A stretch of DNA of 64,000 bases from Coniocarpon cinnabarinum (Eukaryota), in the NCBI GenBank assembly GCA_051942205.1, contig JAVECO010000029.1:1-64000 (forward strand). Reading direction: 5' to 3'. The translations under genes and the position numbers were made by a program. Positions 24,226-39,919 of the stretch are shown here, one piece after another. The notes below the pieces were generated by a model that had not been told where the DNA came from, made no database searches, and saw only the letters and a list, made by a program, of their open reading frames with translations. Position 1 is the first letter of the stretch. Each line of letters begins with the position of its first letter.

Positions 24226-27200
24226 TCATCGACTTCCACTCCCCACCGCCTTCCTTGTCACCACCCCACCGCTCCCCTTCCTCTCCATACTCCCTCCACT
24301 AGTCCCCAACCCTCTCATGCGCTCCTCCTGCCTCTGAAGACTCTGTCGTACAATATACTCCGCCGCCGCAGCCGCCGCGAGGCGTTCCCGTTGCCTCGCA
24401 CGATCTCTCAGATATCTGCCTGCGTCCGGACGCATTCGCAGGATCCGGAGAATAATGTCGTCGGAGGGTTCCGCTTGGGCGGCTGCGCGTTTCTCTGATT
24501 TGGCCTTTTTCATAGTGCCGAGATTGCGAGAGGCCATGACGGACTTGTTGCGGCGGGCTGCTGAAGCCGTCGGTAGGGAGGGCAGAGCATGTGTGCCTGC
24601 CATCGGGGCAGACTGCGGCGCTGCGAGGCGACCACCACTTGTGTTGGCATTGTTGTTTCCGCCACCGGTCTGTGACGTCGCCATGCGCTCAGACGTACGG
24701 ATGAGGGTTTCGGTGGGTTCGTAATAGAAGAAGTTAAGGTTCTGCAGATCATGATATTTTGGACTTTTAAGGACATCAAGAGGTACGCCATTGGCTTGGG
24801 CCGTTTCTTCATCGACCGCGTGAAAGAACTTGAAGAGCAGGTCAAGCCAGCGGAATACAACGTCCAGCTCGGGTTCGGCAAGGGGTTGTTGCGGGGAGGG
24901 CTTGTCGGACAGTGGGGGCACCAGCAAGCCTTCGACAGTTGCAAGGACCTCTTTCCAGACCCGCGTCATGACTGTAATCATAGAGTGCGATGTAAGAGTT
25001 TGCTGCATGATGGCGAAATTTTCATCGAGGTAGGAGAAAAGCGGTTTGAGAGCTGTGGCAATATCGGCGTCGGAGGGTCGAGTAGATGTGGTTTTGGGAG
25101 GTGCGGCAGTGCCTCGCCCAATGAACGAGAGTGCAGAGGATGAGATGTTAGACACCGAGATTTGAGGTTGGCGTGTGAGGTTGCGGAGAACGCGGCGGGA
25201 CAAGCAGTGGTGGATGTAGGCCGAGACCTGAAGGAATTCATTAGCGCCTGGCAGTACCATGTGATGCGTGGTGTATCATATACCTTATCAGTGATCTTCC
25301 GAGCCATGTCGCGCTCAGTTCGCTTCAATGCCCGGAATGTCCTGCCGAAGTAGAATTGAATGTCGTCTTTCTCGCCCTCCATTGTGATACGTACAAGCAG
25401 CCTCCCCTGCGTGTCTAAGTCAAGCCAATACTCGCGCGGCATGTAGTCGCTAAAATGTGACGGGTCCAGCTTGATCGTGGTGCGTCCAACACAGTCATGA
25501 TCGCCAAATGCATCCCAGTCCCAAATAGTTGCTGTAAGACTCAATAAGCCCTGTGTCGTAATATCCACTGTCTCATCCCATCGTGGGTTGAGATTTGCAT
25601 ATACAATTCTCGTCTTCGCCAGCCGCTTCTGGAACTCGTCGCCAATCACGACATATGGATCTGACAGACCATTAGGGTCACAGGCCTTCAGGTCTTCTGC
25701 TTCAATGATCTTGATCGTGAAAACAAACTTTTCGTTGCGGCGTCTGCGCTGTGGTGGCGGCTCATTTTTCTTGATTACGTCGACACAGGCATCGACGTTC
25801 ATCTCTTTCTCGATCTTATCGAACTGTAACATGGCGTACTCCACGTTGTTGAGCTTGACGAGAGATTCTGGCAAAAAGTGGAAAGGCTCAATCCGTTCCT
25901 TTGCGGATATTGCGTCTTTCGCGAGCTGCATCCATTTCTCCTGCCTTGATTGGGCCAAAGCTGCTTCTTGCGCAGGGGTCAAGCGGTCCATCTCTCGTGC
26001 GAATCGTTGCTCCAATATCTCACAATATTTTTGGAGACCAGCTCCCACTGATTTGGCAAGGGCAGTCATGAACTTGGCGTAATGCAGGTCGTTGTCCCAT
26101 TCTAGCGACAACACCTGGTCAATTGCTTGGTTGAAAGAGCGGAATATGTCAATCACCGAGACACTGTGGCGCTCGTCATCGGCCGCATCTTGCTCGGACG
26201 TCATCCCTCTGACTTGAAACTGGTCCATGTTTACGGCTCCTTCAACCCATCCCATCATGCTAGAGTCGGTGGTCTGGATCCATCGCCATACAAAGCTTTG
26301 TAAAAGGTCCTCAACATTCAATGAAAAAGGGACATCTTCCAAAACGTCAGCATGAACACGACGAATCTCCACCATTTCTTTGTACATGTCAAATCCATCC
26401 TGAATTGGTATTTCATTCTGCGGGTCTTGTGACGATTGTTGTAAAATCAAGGCAATTTGATCACGGGCATCGGAGGCAAAGCTGGGCAGAACGACCTCCA
26501 CAAGGATTCTAAATGGCTCAACACCCATAATTGCTGGGGTCTTACGGTACCGTTTCTGAATCCTCTCACAGAACTTGACCACGGCCTTTCCAAGTTGAAT
26601 AACATGCCAAAATTCGAGTCTATCCCGATACTGGCCTACTTCCTTCTCGAATAAGTAGTGATAATGCTCTGAAGCTTTCTCTTTGAGAGCTTTCGCTAGA
26701 CTGGCACTGAAACGGTCCAAATCATCGGCCGTTCTTGAGAATATGGGATCTTCATAAATTTTCTCCTCTAAGACTGTCATGATAGGTCCAATCTCTGGGG
26801 GTTTCGATTCGTAGCATCGCTGGAGCTGTGTGAATAGATCGCGAAGAAGTGTGTCATGAACTGAGTTGAGTATCTGTTGGTTCAGTGAGAAGTCTGCCAT
26901 CGTCCATTTGGATCGGTCAAAGAGTATTGACATGTCAAACTTCTTCCTGTCCGACGGAGGCTCTCTAACATGCATAAATGCTGCATCTAGTGTCTCCAGA
27001 TCGATCTCCTGATCCTCGAACTTCTCTCTAGCAGAGTCAAGGAACAACATCATCCTCGAGATGTAGGGCAAACGCCAGCGCATCCCTAATTCGTTTAGAA
27101 GCTCTGCCGTCTTCTTGGAGAAAAGACGAGTTTGATCCTGGGAGAAGCCGTTGACCCCGTTGCTCTGCTCCTGCAAATCGTGTGCAAAGGCTTCTTTAAC

Positions 27201-28484
27201 AGCAACCCAATAATAGGCGCGTGGGTCCGGCGGTATAAATGCGTATGGGTCGGTGTCATCGACAAAAGAACTGCCATTGGCGTTTTCGTCCAAGTTGAGT
27301 GCGCTCATATCCACCGGCTGATCAATCACATACATGTTGGACTCCTCCGCCTGAGAATGTCTCTGGCGACTCCCCTGAGAGGTCTGATCTGCGGAGATAC
27401 CGTTCGATATCTTGTTCTGCGGAATATGGCCCGGCACGCTCTTCGCCAGTTCTGGGTTCAATTGAATTATAGCAAGCATCATTTGAGAAAGATCAGGGTT
27501 TTCGCTTTTTTTCCACAGATCATAAGCTTCTTGCGTGTCAAAATCGTCGCTTCGTAGCGTTTTCATGGAGTTTAAGTTGAGGTTCGTTTGGTACATCTTC
27601 AAGTCTTTAAGCGCCGCCTTCTCTGTCCAAGCCCCGTTATGACCGTCTACATCTGCCTGAGCCTGTACCAGAGTTTTTGAGAAAATATCCGCAACTGTCA
27701 CCACCAATGGCATATCTTTCACGTTCTGGCTTCGTGGAATCTCCACCTCCTGCGAGGTCCCTCCAGAGCCGCCATTGTGCTGCGATGCGGCGGACAGGTC
27801 TTGGTCATGCATAAGCAGCTTCCTCTCCAGTGTTTGAAGACGACCTGTGAGCTCTGGCCGATCACGCGTCCAGTCATGACTGGAAGACTTAAGCGTCGAG
27901 CTAATAAGTCTCACAAATAGAGCGACATGGCGATCGACCAAGAGTTTCCAACTGTCATCGTCGGCAGCTTTGCCTTTCATCAGCTCTTTCGTAGCGTTAG
28001 AGTAGAATATCAGTATAAGGTCCTCCACTTTACGATCTTTCTCCACAGACTTGCGGTAGTCTGGCCTCTTGAACTCGTTTAAGAAAACGGCAAATGTACG
28101 CTTAACTTGGGCATCGGCATATTCCGGAGCCTTTTCTCTATTCACCAAGACCCCTTCCATGCGCTTGTCCAGCTCCGCCATGAATCCATGAGGAAAGCGC
28201 GTGCTCTTGCTGTCCCTCACCACGGAAAAGTCCTTGACCAGGTCAGCCACAGAGGACGAGCTGCGTTGTATTTGTGGTCTCGTTGGTGCTGCGACGTGCT
28301 GCAGCCTTTTTGCCTTGGGTTGTAGGAGATGGTGGAGGTATGCGGCTCGAAGGGCGAACGAGTAGGCGTCTTCTCGTGACACATGGCTTTTTGACGAGGC
28401 CGAAACGTGGCGTGAGAGTCGTCCTCTTCGTTGTAGACTCTGGACTCGTTGGCGTTCAGCTGATCCGCCTGAGCTCGTAGACAT
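24226..28484 (-). CDS. C2-domain / Munc13-homology (MHD1-C2-MHD2) protein, Ync13/YOR296W-like; intron 25228-25283
   Basis: C2 domain FTIKIIEAEDLKACDPNGLSDPYV...NLNPRWDE...IWDWD..GDHD. Flanking MHD-type helical regions include HSVSVIDIF and LVPPLSDKPS, and the C-terminus has DIILRILRMR. Confidence 0.85.
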
Positions 28485-29005
28485 GTTCGACTTTGCAGCT
28501 TGACAGGGTGGTCTCGACAGAGCACATGCTATGGCTTCGCTGGGCGCAAGATCGATTTAGAGTTCGTGGAAGCAGGCCTCACAGAGTCTTTGCGTCCACT
28601 GCCACCAAGTCAGCGGATGCTGGGCCAGCAGAGTGCTGATCAACGTCAGGAGACTGTGATACGTGAATGATGTTGCAAGCCGCGGGGCGTCGCGACCCCT
28701 ACGTTTCAAGCTTGAGGTGTGAAACTCAGGGTGACTGTTTCCATACGTCACATGTCGCGTACTCAATGCACAGCTCAAACCAACGCGGGCAGGGTCACGG
28801 AGCAAGAAGACATGCAAGTGCGCGAGCAGTAGGTAGGTAAAAATGAAATAGCGAGAGAGCGTACTGCTCCGAGATCAAGAGGAAGCGCTCAACATTGTGT
28901 CTGATTTCTGATTCACTCGCCTTAGAAGCTCCTCCAGCAAGTCTGTCGTGATGTATGCGTCGGTGACAAGTCTAGGAAAGTAGGTGCATGGATACCGAGA
29001 TGCAA

Positions 29006-30038
<1,033 letters not shown>

Positions 30039-30052
30039 GTTCGGGGCAGGTC

Positions 30053-30610
30053 CTATGTAGAGCAGGAAGTTAGTTGGTGGACCTAGTAATAGTGTCATGA
30101 AAGCGTAGATTGTGGTTGTATTCTTGCGCTACACTGTGATCCAGGGCGCAATACTTCAACATCGACAACGTAGAGGGCCTCAATCAGGATGTTCCATAGG
30201 TCTCTGGCAACATTTTCGCGACATGATATCCCAGCCTGGTGTTGAGGTACGTGTGGTTGATCATGGCTGTCCGTACAGACAAGCACCATCGCGGAGGCTT
30301 CAAACAACTCGAAATTTTGCCTCGCATAGGGAGACTCATAGCTGTGACTACCTCTTGCGTTTTATAGTTGGAACAAGCCATGTCCTTTAACGGCCCGGCT
30401 GCTGGCAGAGGCTGGGTATGACGTGGCACAGCTGGTTGGATCGGGGCAACCAGAGCCGGTACTCCAGGAAGCCTGAACGCTCTTACCCATGTCTTCTGGC
30501 GATCTCCGAAGTGATGATGCGCTCGTGGGATGACTGGCATTTGAGGAGCCCATGTGCATGGCTTTCGGTAGGGGCAGTTGAGGTGTGGGGCTCAATGGAG
30601 GATGACATAC
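30053..30610 (-). other. Putative long 5'-UTR intron of the 14-3-3 gene
   Basis: Minus-strand donor gtatgtc at 30610. Branch point ctaac and acceptor catag lie 14 nt upstream of the ATG. Confidence 0.55.
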
Positions 30611-30936
30611 CTTGGAGTCAGTGACGAAGTGGTTGACAGGACTTGACTTGACGGCTATCTGTGCGGTTTGAAAGAGCGTGAAGTGTGCAGATTGGATGAC
30701 AATGGGGTAGACAGTGGAAACGCGGATGAGGGAAGTCGCGCAATTGTGGGTGTTTTGTTGTGAGCAAAGGTCGAGAAGGCGATTTGAAGCTGATTAACTC
30801 TTTTGAGTATCACATGATGCTGCTCAGCCCTGTGACGCGCATCCAGAGCTCAAGCCACCGTCACTCTCTGCCCTGAGTTCCTCTGATTGCCGTCCATTGC
30901 TACAGCGAAGCGTCTTGCAGAGTTGGCAAGAGCACC

Positions 30937-31383
30937 ATGATACGACAATCACTCTTCCGTACCAGCCGCGCCATGGCCACCAACTGCAGAGCATTCTCTT
31001 CCACCATCCCTGTGTTGGTGGAAGACGCTGCTGGCCCCGGCGGCGTTGCGTCTAAGTACGCTTCGAGCCAACATCAGACAGTTGCAATTACTGAATTCTT
31101 ATAAGGGATGCCTTTTCAAAGCGAGAGAAGGCCAACGAAGACAAATATGTCCGTGAGCAGGAAATTGCAAAGTATGGGCATCCCTATGCATCTTATGTCG
31201 GCTGTTTTAAATAACGTTCGTGACTAGACTGAAAGCTCTGCGGGAAAAATTGGAGGCCCAAAGGACCAATATCGGCGACCTAATTCAGAACATGTTAGTA
31301 TTCCTGTTGGACTGAATATATTCAGCCGTCTGACAACCCCTAGCGATGATATGAGCGCAGAGGACAAAGACTCGAAGAAGTGA
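30937..31383 (+). CDS. INH1: Mitochondrial F1F0 ATPase inhibitor (IF1/Inh1), 4 exons
   Basis: Spliced product MIRQSLFRTSRAMATNCRAFSST...K-DAFSKREKANEDKYVREQEIAK-LKALREKLEAQR...; D.F.KRE.A.ED.Y.R is the IATP signature. Confidence 0.88.
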
Positions 31384-31664
31384 AGGAGCTCGATCAAGCG
31401 ATGCAAGACGAGCTATTCATCGGCACGTCTATTGTACATCTCGTGCAGCGCTGCTAGTCAGAATTGTATCATATAGGCTGTCACAGGCCTAGCTTAGGGC
31501 ACACAGTCTGACATCTGCTATCATCTCAGCTCTCGCTGGCGTCCTCAGTGGCGTGCTGTCTATCGAATTCTCTGCGCCGTACTTTTATGCCAGGAAGGAC
31601 TTCCTACCTCGAAAACCGATCCAGAACACGTACCCAACAAGAGTTTGTCGCAGACATCATGACA

Positions 31665-33607
31665 CTAAGCTCGATTTCTGAACGAGCGTCCAAAATCTTC
31701 CGCTGCATCATAACCTATGCCGTTACGGCCGCGTGCACCGAGCCTTTGACTTTCTCTTTGGGCTGCCGCAACTTTAGCTTGTAGTTCACTTGTGCCCTGT
31801 ATGTCTCGTTAGCTGAAGTAACACTGTCGCTGAGCTTTGTTAGTGTAAGCGATTACCTGATCTATCAGTTGTAGCTGTGAGAGATGACCGTTTAAGACTC
31901 TGACAATCTGAGATAGCTACGCCAATGGTCAGCATATATTGCCAGTGAACCTTTCAACAAAACACTCACTGGATCATCTGGCCTATTTGTTTCGCTGATG
32001 TTGCGGGATGCATCGTTGATCTCGTCAATCATACTCTTTAGGTCACTGCCCATCTCTTGGAGATTTTTTGATACTTGCTCAGCAGTTTTGTAGGTCTGCT
32101 CTCTTTCGTGATCGGGTCCCTGTAGCCCATCCTGGGTATTGGGTTGACGCAACGTCAAGTCGTCTACTTCCTGTTCGTACCTATCTAGCCATTGCGACAA
32201 TTCATCTTGATGTGATTCAACTGCAGTCAGTTGTTTCTGTATCTCTGCAGTGTCGCGTTCTGCTTGAAATGTTTTGGAATATAACTTCGAAATTTCGTTA
32301 CTGTTCTCGACCAGTCGACGGTCCCACTGTGCCACTTTCTCGGCCTGTGCCTGAAAGTCTTTTTGGTATTTGGTCAAGTCAGAGGCCCATCGTGTAATTA
32401 TGTCGTCCATCGACTTGTTTTTCAATCTTGACTGTGCACTCGGTGGTTGGCCAGTCGTCGACGCCCCAAGCCCCGCGGCTGCAGTCGAGGCTGCTTCTGG
32501 CTTCTCATTGCCAGTGGCAGCCTGACCGAAAGGGGCCGGAGCCGATGGGGCGGAGGTAGTTGCAGATTGTGTAGTACCAAACAACGATCGAGCAGAAGTA
32601 GCTGGAGCATTGCCCTTCGCTGAATCAGTCGCACCTGAAGATGTTGTTGTGGCACCCTTTTGAGCCGTGCTTGGAGTTGAAAACGGTCCTGCGGCTGAGG
32701 ATGATGCCCCAGCATTACCCGCTGTTTGTCCGGCGGACGCGAAGAGGCTTGGGGCTTGACTGCCCGTGGAACTACTCTCTCTCTGTCCGCCCAAATTGGC
32801 AAAAAGATTTGAGGATGTGCCAGGTGCCGAAGTTGAACTAGGAGCAGGGTTAGCACCTCCCTGCGGTGTTGAACTGATGGCGCCGAATAAGTTGCCCGCC
32901 GGTTTGTGGTTTGGTGCATTCAAGTCAGAAGAGGTAGCTGAGCCAAACTTGGGAGCTTCACCTGTAGATGCGCTGAGACCTGTAGTTGGCTGACCAGGCT
33001 GCTCTTTGCTCTGGGAGCTCTGATTCGAGAAAAGGTTGCCAGAAGATGCATTTGACGTGCCACCGAATAGGTTGGATGGGGCAGTGGTCGCGGTGGACCC
33101 AAATAGTGAGGGTCCTGAGGACGATTGTGATGCAGATGGAGCGTTTTGCGCATTGGCCGCCGAGCCGAAGAGGTTTCCAGACTTTGCATTCGTGTTACCG
33201 CCGAATAGATTTGCAGATGAGTTTGCTGGAGGAGGCCCAGCGGGCGTGGTCGAGGCGTCAGCGCTTGAAGGCTTGTTGGGTGTGCTGAGATTTGTAAATG
33301 GGTTCGCTGCTGGATTTTTATTACTGTCGCTGTTCGACGTCCCTCCTAAGTTGAGTGGGCTGCTTGAGGAGGCCGGCTTCGCTGTCTCAAAGAGTGAAGA
33401 AGAGTTCGTGCCGCTGCTCGAGCTCCCGAAGTTGCTGAACAAATTTGATGAATTTGCTCCGGCAGAAGCAAAGAGATTACTGCCTGATGTGCTAGATGAG
33501 GTTCCAGAGGCTGCTGCATTTCCACCAAAGAGGTTGGACTGTGCTGAATTATTTTGATTGGTGTTGCCGAAAAGGCCACCGCCAGAGCTACCTCCGCCGA
33601 AAGACAT
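31665..33607 (-). CDS. NSP1: FG-repeat nucleoporin Nsp1 (two 3' introns)
   Basis: NLFG/SLFG repeats followed by the Nsp1_C coiled coil LKNKSMDDIITRWASDL..YQK.F..QA..V..WDR.LVEN and the spliced C-terminal LSQIVRVLNGHLSQLQLIDQ. The start at MSFGG is my preferred choice. Confidence 0.9.
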
Positions 33608-34053
33608 ATGGGTAAGGAGGGATTGCCACTCAGAGGTATCGCAGAACCCAACAATCTGGTTAGCTGGACTCTGAGCTTCTTGTAGTCTTTGCGAATGCGA
33701 CGTGAAGTGGAAGAAGGGCGAGTTGTTTGGAAGTAGATCCGCGTTTGACTGCATTCAATGAGCTTGCTCACGCGTCTAAGTACCAAATCACGTGACCCTG
33801 CGCGTCTAGAACAAGCTCAACTATCTTATTATTCTAGGAGCATCCACTCCCCAGTCCACGATTCGACCAGCTCCACTCCCCTTGAGCATATTATCCAGCG
33901 TCTGCAAATTCCTTCGAGGAACGCTATATCATCACGCTTGCTAAACGGCACGTCGCTTTAAAGGCGAGCTGTCGATTTCGGCCTGACGCCTGAACTCTGT
34001 TCGCTACCAGAGCTCATTAGGCGGCTTGTGACTGAAAGCCAAGCAGCGAAAGC

Positions 34054-35512
34054 ATGGAGAACAGCTCGTCGCACGAGCAAGGTGCGCAAATCTGTCGGGC
34101 TGAATTTGTGAGCTGCGTTGACACCCAGACGTGGGCATTCAAGGCCATTCAGATGATGAGTCGTTCGAAGACGCTCAGGAACCTCACTCGCCGCGAGCCT
34201 CCAACATCCCCATAACGAGAGTCGAGAAGACAGATGATGTTCCTGCACATGGCGAAATACCTAATACTGCCGCATATGAAATGCGCACCTCAGACGCAGT
34301 CCCAGACGAACTTGAAATAGTCCCGGAGGGCACCCGAAGCAGGAGTTCCTCAGTCGACGAGAGGCCAGGAAGTCAGTCGTCGAGCAGAAGAGTCTCCGTG
34401 CCTAAGATGATTGTTGAAAAGATCGACCCGGCTTCTCGGAGTCACGGCGAAGTACCGGGTACAGAAGCGCATGCGATGCGTCAGGCCGACGCTGAACCTG
34501 ACGAGATCCTTAAAGCACCCGAGCAGTCAACTTCGCAGGGCAATGGTGCGTGATATGCTCCTAGCTGACAGCTTTCACGGAACGATTGACAAGGTCAGGA
34601 ATGCCAACAAAGAGCATGCTTAGATCCGGCTCCGACGAGCTAAACCGGTCAACCCCTGACTCCTCACGACACGACGAAAGCGTTGATGGCGACGACTTTG
34701 ACGACTTTGCCGAAGGTGACGAAAGTCTAGAAGATGAGTTCGGCGACTTTGATGAGGGGGATCAGGCGACGCAGACGCAGTCATCGCCCGCACAGGCCCC
34801 TGCTGCTGTAACAAAGCTTCCGTTGCTTGATATAGACGCGCTTGACACGCACGATGACTTCAATGATGCTTGCGCGCCGTTTATTGAGCGGATCTTTCCT
34901 GAAGTCACATCTCAATCGGACACCCAAGTCCCACCCCTTGCAAACTCATTTCTAAACGAGCGGAGTCACTCTCTCTGGTCCCAACTTGTAGCGCCACCTG
35001 CTGTGCAACCACCCAACTGGCTGCGATCCCGTACGCGACGTTTGTTTCTCGTGTCGCTGGGTGTGCCTGTAAATCTCGATGAGATTCTTCCGGCCAGCAA
35101 GCAGAAGAAGTTGGTGTTGCCATCAATCGATGTAGAGCAAGAGCGTAGTGCTCGCTCTCGCGACGAAGGACCTGTCGGAGCTGCTACAAGACTAAAGCAG
35201 CAAGATGTGTCGGCAAATTCAGGGACCCGTTCGTCATCAAGGTCTGAGAAGCGACGAAAAGGTCCACCGCCGCCACCCGTCTTCGACGAGAATGATGCGC
35301 GGTTAGCCTGTTCGACGACGTCAGAAGCCCTAACGAACCTCTCAGACGACGAGCTCGAGGCCCACAAAGAAAAGCTAGAGCAATTGAAGAAGAAAGCCAG
35401 CGAGGCCCTCGAGTACTGGCTCATTCAAAGAGATAGCGCCAATGGAGACAAGGAGGCGTTTGAAGAAGTTATTCAAAATCTTGTCAAGCACGCACAGAAA
35501 ATTCGTACGTGA
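34054..35512 (+). CDS. Conserved fungal protein, DUF5102/Laa2-like; introns 34082-34128, 34546-34598
   Basis: Acidic DDFDDF/FGDFDE motifs (gamma-adaptin-ear-binding type) plus FLNERSHSLWSQLVAPP..QPPNWLRSRTRRLFLVSLGVPVNLDEILP and C-terminal FEEVIQNLV. Confidence 0.7.
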
Positions 35513-36023
35513 AAAGGTACTTAAGCAGAATCGACATTTACATTTGAAGACAATATGTCGCTCCTACCTGAAGTACTGATAGAGTCCGCTCAGGGTTGGG
35601 GAAAAAGCAAAGAGGACCCGTCCTGTTCTCTTACACTTCGCAACAAGTCATTCACCTGCACAAGCGCGGCTGTTCGTGATTCACATGTGTTATGTCTGCT
35701 GGACTGTTCTGATCGAGCCGTTAGGCGTGTATTCGGCGAGATTATCACTAACATCGGGTTGAAGTTTGGGTAAGGCTTCGACAGAAGATACACAGCCTTA
35801 ATCAGAGAACAGTCGTTTGTGTGCGACATTCACAAAATATTTTTGCTAGCAACGGCTCATCTCACTCGAATGGCGAGCTGAGACAATTGAGCACTTGTTG
35901 TCTCTGGGAATTATTCAGCACATGGTGGATGGTCTCATCCAAGTTGACGCACATGCGCAGAGACCGGAGTCGCCCGTTGACGACTTATGTCAGCAAGAGC
36001 TTAACACTTTGCTTATCAGTAAA

Positions 36024-37347
36024 CTACAAAACTTTCGCCACAATGCCGAACGGCAGCACTGGCTGGCCAATTGCATATGCAGCAACGTTATAAAACCACA
36101 CAGGCGTCGACCACGTCAAGAAAAAGAGCACCCAAGCGTACCCGACGACAATTTCCATCACCGTCAGCAGCTTTGATTGCTGGGCCTGCTGCTCAGACAT
36201 CACATGCCATCGATACGCCGCAATCGCAGCGTCTTCAACTACTATCCCAAGGCCTTGTGTGAAGAAGAACTGCAATACGCCTGCAGCTGCAGAGATGGGA
36301 ATGCCACTGGACACTTGGGCAATCATGTGGATGAGACCTGAAAGAGAGAACACGATGAGAAGATGCGCATAGCGCGACGTGAGCGAGCCGTCTGGTAGAC
36401 AGAGGACATCCTGAGTTAGAAAAGATGCGGAGCTGGAGAGCGGGCGGCGCAGGTTCTGATGCCAGAATTTCCTGTAAAGTGTCAGGTCCGTTACGATGGG
36501 CGAGCGTAGCCAAATACAGGGCACAAGACCTCCATGGCAGCGTCCAGTAGCCACTCATCTTCATGCTCCAGGAAAGAAGAACTCACCCCCAAAATAAACG
36601 CACCGATTGTGCCTCACTGAGCGAGTTGAAGAAAGGCGGCCATTCTTCAGGACGTGACCAGTTCAGTCCCACAGCGATCAAAGCCAAGAGATCAAACGTT
36701 AAATTCGCAGTACAATAGACGGCAACAAAGAAACCAACGGTAGCACCGCAGCGAACTGCAAGTGCTCTGCCCGAAGCTTGCCCCAAGTTATTGAGCAACG
36801 GAATATTTTCGGTCGAGAAGTTCAGAGCCACGTCCTCAGAAGAAGGCGCAAATGTGTCCGCTGCATCGACGATCAGCATGCACAACGCTGTCCGAAGAGC
36901 AAGCTGCAATAAGAATGCGCCTCTGCTCGGTACATAGTCAGGATGCTTGGAAGAAAAAGAGGGTACGTTCTTGACTTGCTCGGAGGTGCCAACGTGACGC
37001 AGCGAGGTTGTTTGGCGGAGGCCGAGACCTAACCTGTTACTGTCGCTTTTGAGCGTGCGGATATCGTCTCGAGAACGTTTGCGTGGTGTGAGGATGACAA
37101 GGTCGACATGCTGAAATAGCGAAACAAGGCTAGTGACGGATAGGGCGCTCGCCCATGCCGGTCGCAAGCTGCGTTCGCGGTTCAAAGTGGTAATGAGGGA
37201 AGTGACGATGAGTAGGATTAATGGCAGTGATGCGTGACGAGGTATGGTGAACGCCTTTGTGAACGCTGAAGTGGCGCTTGTGATGAGAATCTGCGCTGTG
37301 GCCAAGAGCAATGGTCCTACCGGAGCAAAGATCCGAGACCACTCCAT
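36024..37347 (-). CDS. Membrane-bound O-acyltransferase (MBOAT_2 / Tri7-like acetyltransferase); intron ~36473-36585
   Basis: Hydrophobic protein with WPPFFNSLSEAQSVRLFWG-KFWHQNLR, VFSLSGLIH (catalytic His) and FFFTQGLGIVVED, typical of fungal secondary-metabolite MBOATs. Confidence 0.85.
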
Positions 37348-39919
37348 TGAATACCAATGGACATACAAGCGGAGTCTCTCGATCCAGATAATGGCTTGGA
37401 AGACTAGGTTGTCGCAGTAGCCAGGAACACCGTGAGCTCTGCGTTAGCTCTGGCTGCATGCATCGCATGCGTTGGCTGTATATGCAAGACCCAGCCTGAT
37501 TGCTTCGTCGACGAGGACACGAACTGCACCGTGTCAAAATTTTGCACTCACGCACAGTGGCTAAGACCTTCATGATCTCGGCAGCGCCTTACAATGAGCG
37601 CATCATCATGGCGCTAGGTACAAGACCATTCGCCGCATGTGGTCAAGCGCGAACCTCTACATCAAAAAGAAGGACCAATGGAAGAGACGCTTCATTACAT
37701 TTAAAGTAGTCTCCGGCGAACTCAAGTATTTGCAAGACCAATGTGTTCTGACGACCGTCTCCATGACCAAAATTTACGATGCGCTTGCAAATATCGTGAG
37801 AGCTTAGCGGCGACACTGTACATGAACTCCTTCTACAGAACAATGTCAGACTAGTCGAGGATTGAACATTGACGGAACCTGGATGGCGCGCAACTTTTGT
37901 GGTTACCAAAGACCGTCGTGATGATTGCCAAACTGCATACTCAATCTTATCAGAATCCACAAGTATACCCATACAGCCTGTAGCGAGTTGCGGCGCTGAC
38001 CCCTGACGTTACTGAGGATTAGGCGTTTGATGCGGCGTATGTTTCTGAAGTGGAAGACTTCTCAAGATCTGTCATGCGAGTATTCGAAAACAGCGTAACT
38101 GAAACCGTCGCCTTCACCAAATTAAGTCGATGGGAGCGTCGAATCGGGCTGAAAACATTACCTTTTTAACGGTTAACCCAGCACTATGGGAACCTTGAAG
38201 GCATGATCTTTTCTTGAGATCATTTTAATACAGGTCCGAAAGCTATGATAGGCAAGTGGAAAGGCACAACAAAGGAACCCTACAAGCGACCAACTTGAAG
38301 CAGCGTACTGCATACATAAGACATAGAGACTGCAAGTACCCTCGCTTCTTGCCACACAACAATCTTGCCGACAGTAAAGAAATCGAGGCGATCCAGTTCT
38401 TCTACCATTGCGAGGACGAGCACTTCGATTGAAACGAGGAGCGTTTGCGTAGCACGCACAGAAAGGCTTGGGATCATATCATTGAAGCGACTGAGGATCA
38501 CTTATTTACTGGCGGGCCAGAGGAGCATTCGCGGAATGCGTTAGCAAAAAGTCCACAGTGACTCATGGATCTCTCGTGGCTGAGTCTGGTGTTGGAGGCG
38601 AAGGACGATCTTCTGGCAAAAGAATTGACGGTAGGAAAAGTAGAAGAGGGGTGGTTTAACATGAAGTAAGTTTTGATAACGAGCGGAGACCATTGGCGCT
38701 CCTTCTCAACTTCTGCGATAGATCCACGGAAGCGCACAAGGACCACGAGCTTCACCGCGAGGTTGAACTCGACATATCAGTGGGTGAAAAACAATCAGCT
38801 ACACCGCTGGCCCCTCTTCCATTCGGTGGATGACGTCGCTTGGTGGTGCGAGGCATGGCCGGTAAGGAGGACATTAGGGAGTCTGGTACAGCGTAGCGGG
38901 GTGGGGGATGAAACACGTTTGACAAGGATGCTGAGTGGCTGCTCATCGAGGGAGAGTGGCTGTGATTGGTCGGCGGTATCGATATTCGACGGTACGATCT
39001 CCTGTCAAAATTGGCGTGTCGAGGGAGCGTGCTACACCGGAGCCATGACGCGGCCGAGCTGTCAGAAACGGGGTTTGACACGTCGCCCGCTTGTGGAGCA
39101 TTGTTACGGAGTACCTAGATAGACAGATTGTGTGAAGCAGACGAGTCGCCGGGTGGGTGGATAAATACTCGAGCCATCAGGGCTGCCCAGATGGGGCAGG
39201 AGCTGACGACCGAGGGACATCGCCAGCGAAGAAGCAGGGGCCAAGCACGGAGCACTCCGGGACCTTCAGCCCTATAAGCCTCACCAGTCACACAACACTA
39301 ACCCATCTGGGCCGAGCGACCTTTCGCTTGCTCTCTGGCACTCTGCACTCTGTGCTGGTGCACGGTGTAACTCGCTCTCGCCCTGCAACATCCCCCATCC
39401 TCGCCTTCCTTCCCACCTGTCTTCAATCTGAACGGCCCAATTGTACGTGTATAACCAACAAGTTTCTCTTCTTGCCTGCCCTCTTCATCTGTCACAGCAG
39501 CGGACGCTTCGTCAGCCGCAGACCCGCTTCGATTTCAAGTCCCGCTCCGCCAGGCGTCCCGTGGCGGGAGGGGTCAGGGTCGCTTCTCGAGTTTCACCTC
39601 CAACCCCCCTGATCGCTACACTGGGCCTCAATTTTGCCTTCAACCCTCAATTGGCCTGTTGTCGACGAAAGCCAGTTTGGATTCAGAGCCGCGTATCGCG
39701 CAGCACTGTTCCGTCCTCCCTTCTGGCTATCACTGCGATTTTCTTCGTCACTCCTCCAATCTGCGTCCAGCCGGTGCCTCCGCCGTCCGCCGTCGCCGAA
39801 AGCCGCTCATTCTCCCACATGTCGGCCCTCCAGTGCTTCGACGCCCTGTTATGACCTAACAGTAGATCTCGCAATTCGGCATCGACCTTTGACTTGCGAG
39901 TCATCGCGCAACACCCTCG

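Noticed and set aside
33608..33754. N-terminal extension of NSP1 given by the ORF track
   Set aside because: The extension does not look like nucleoporin sequence, and MSFGG at 33607 is the typical start.
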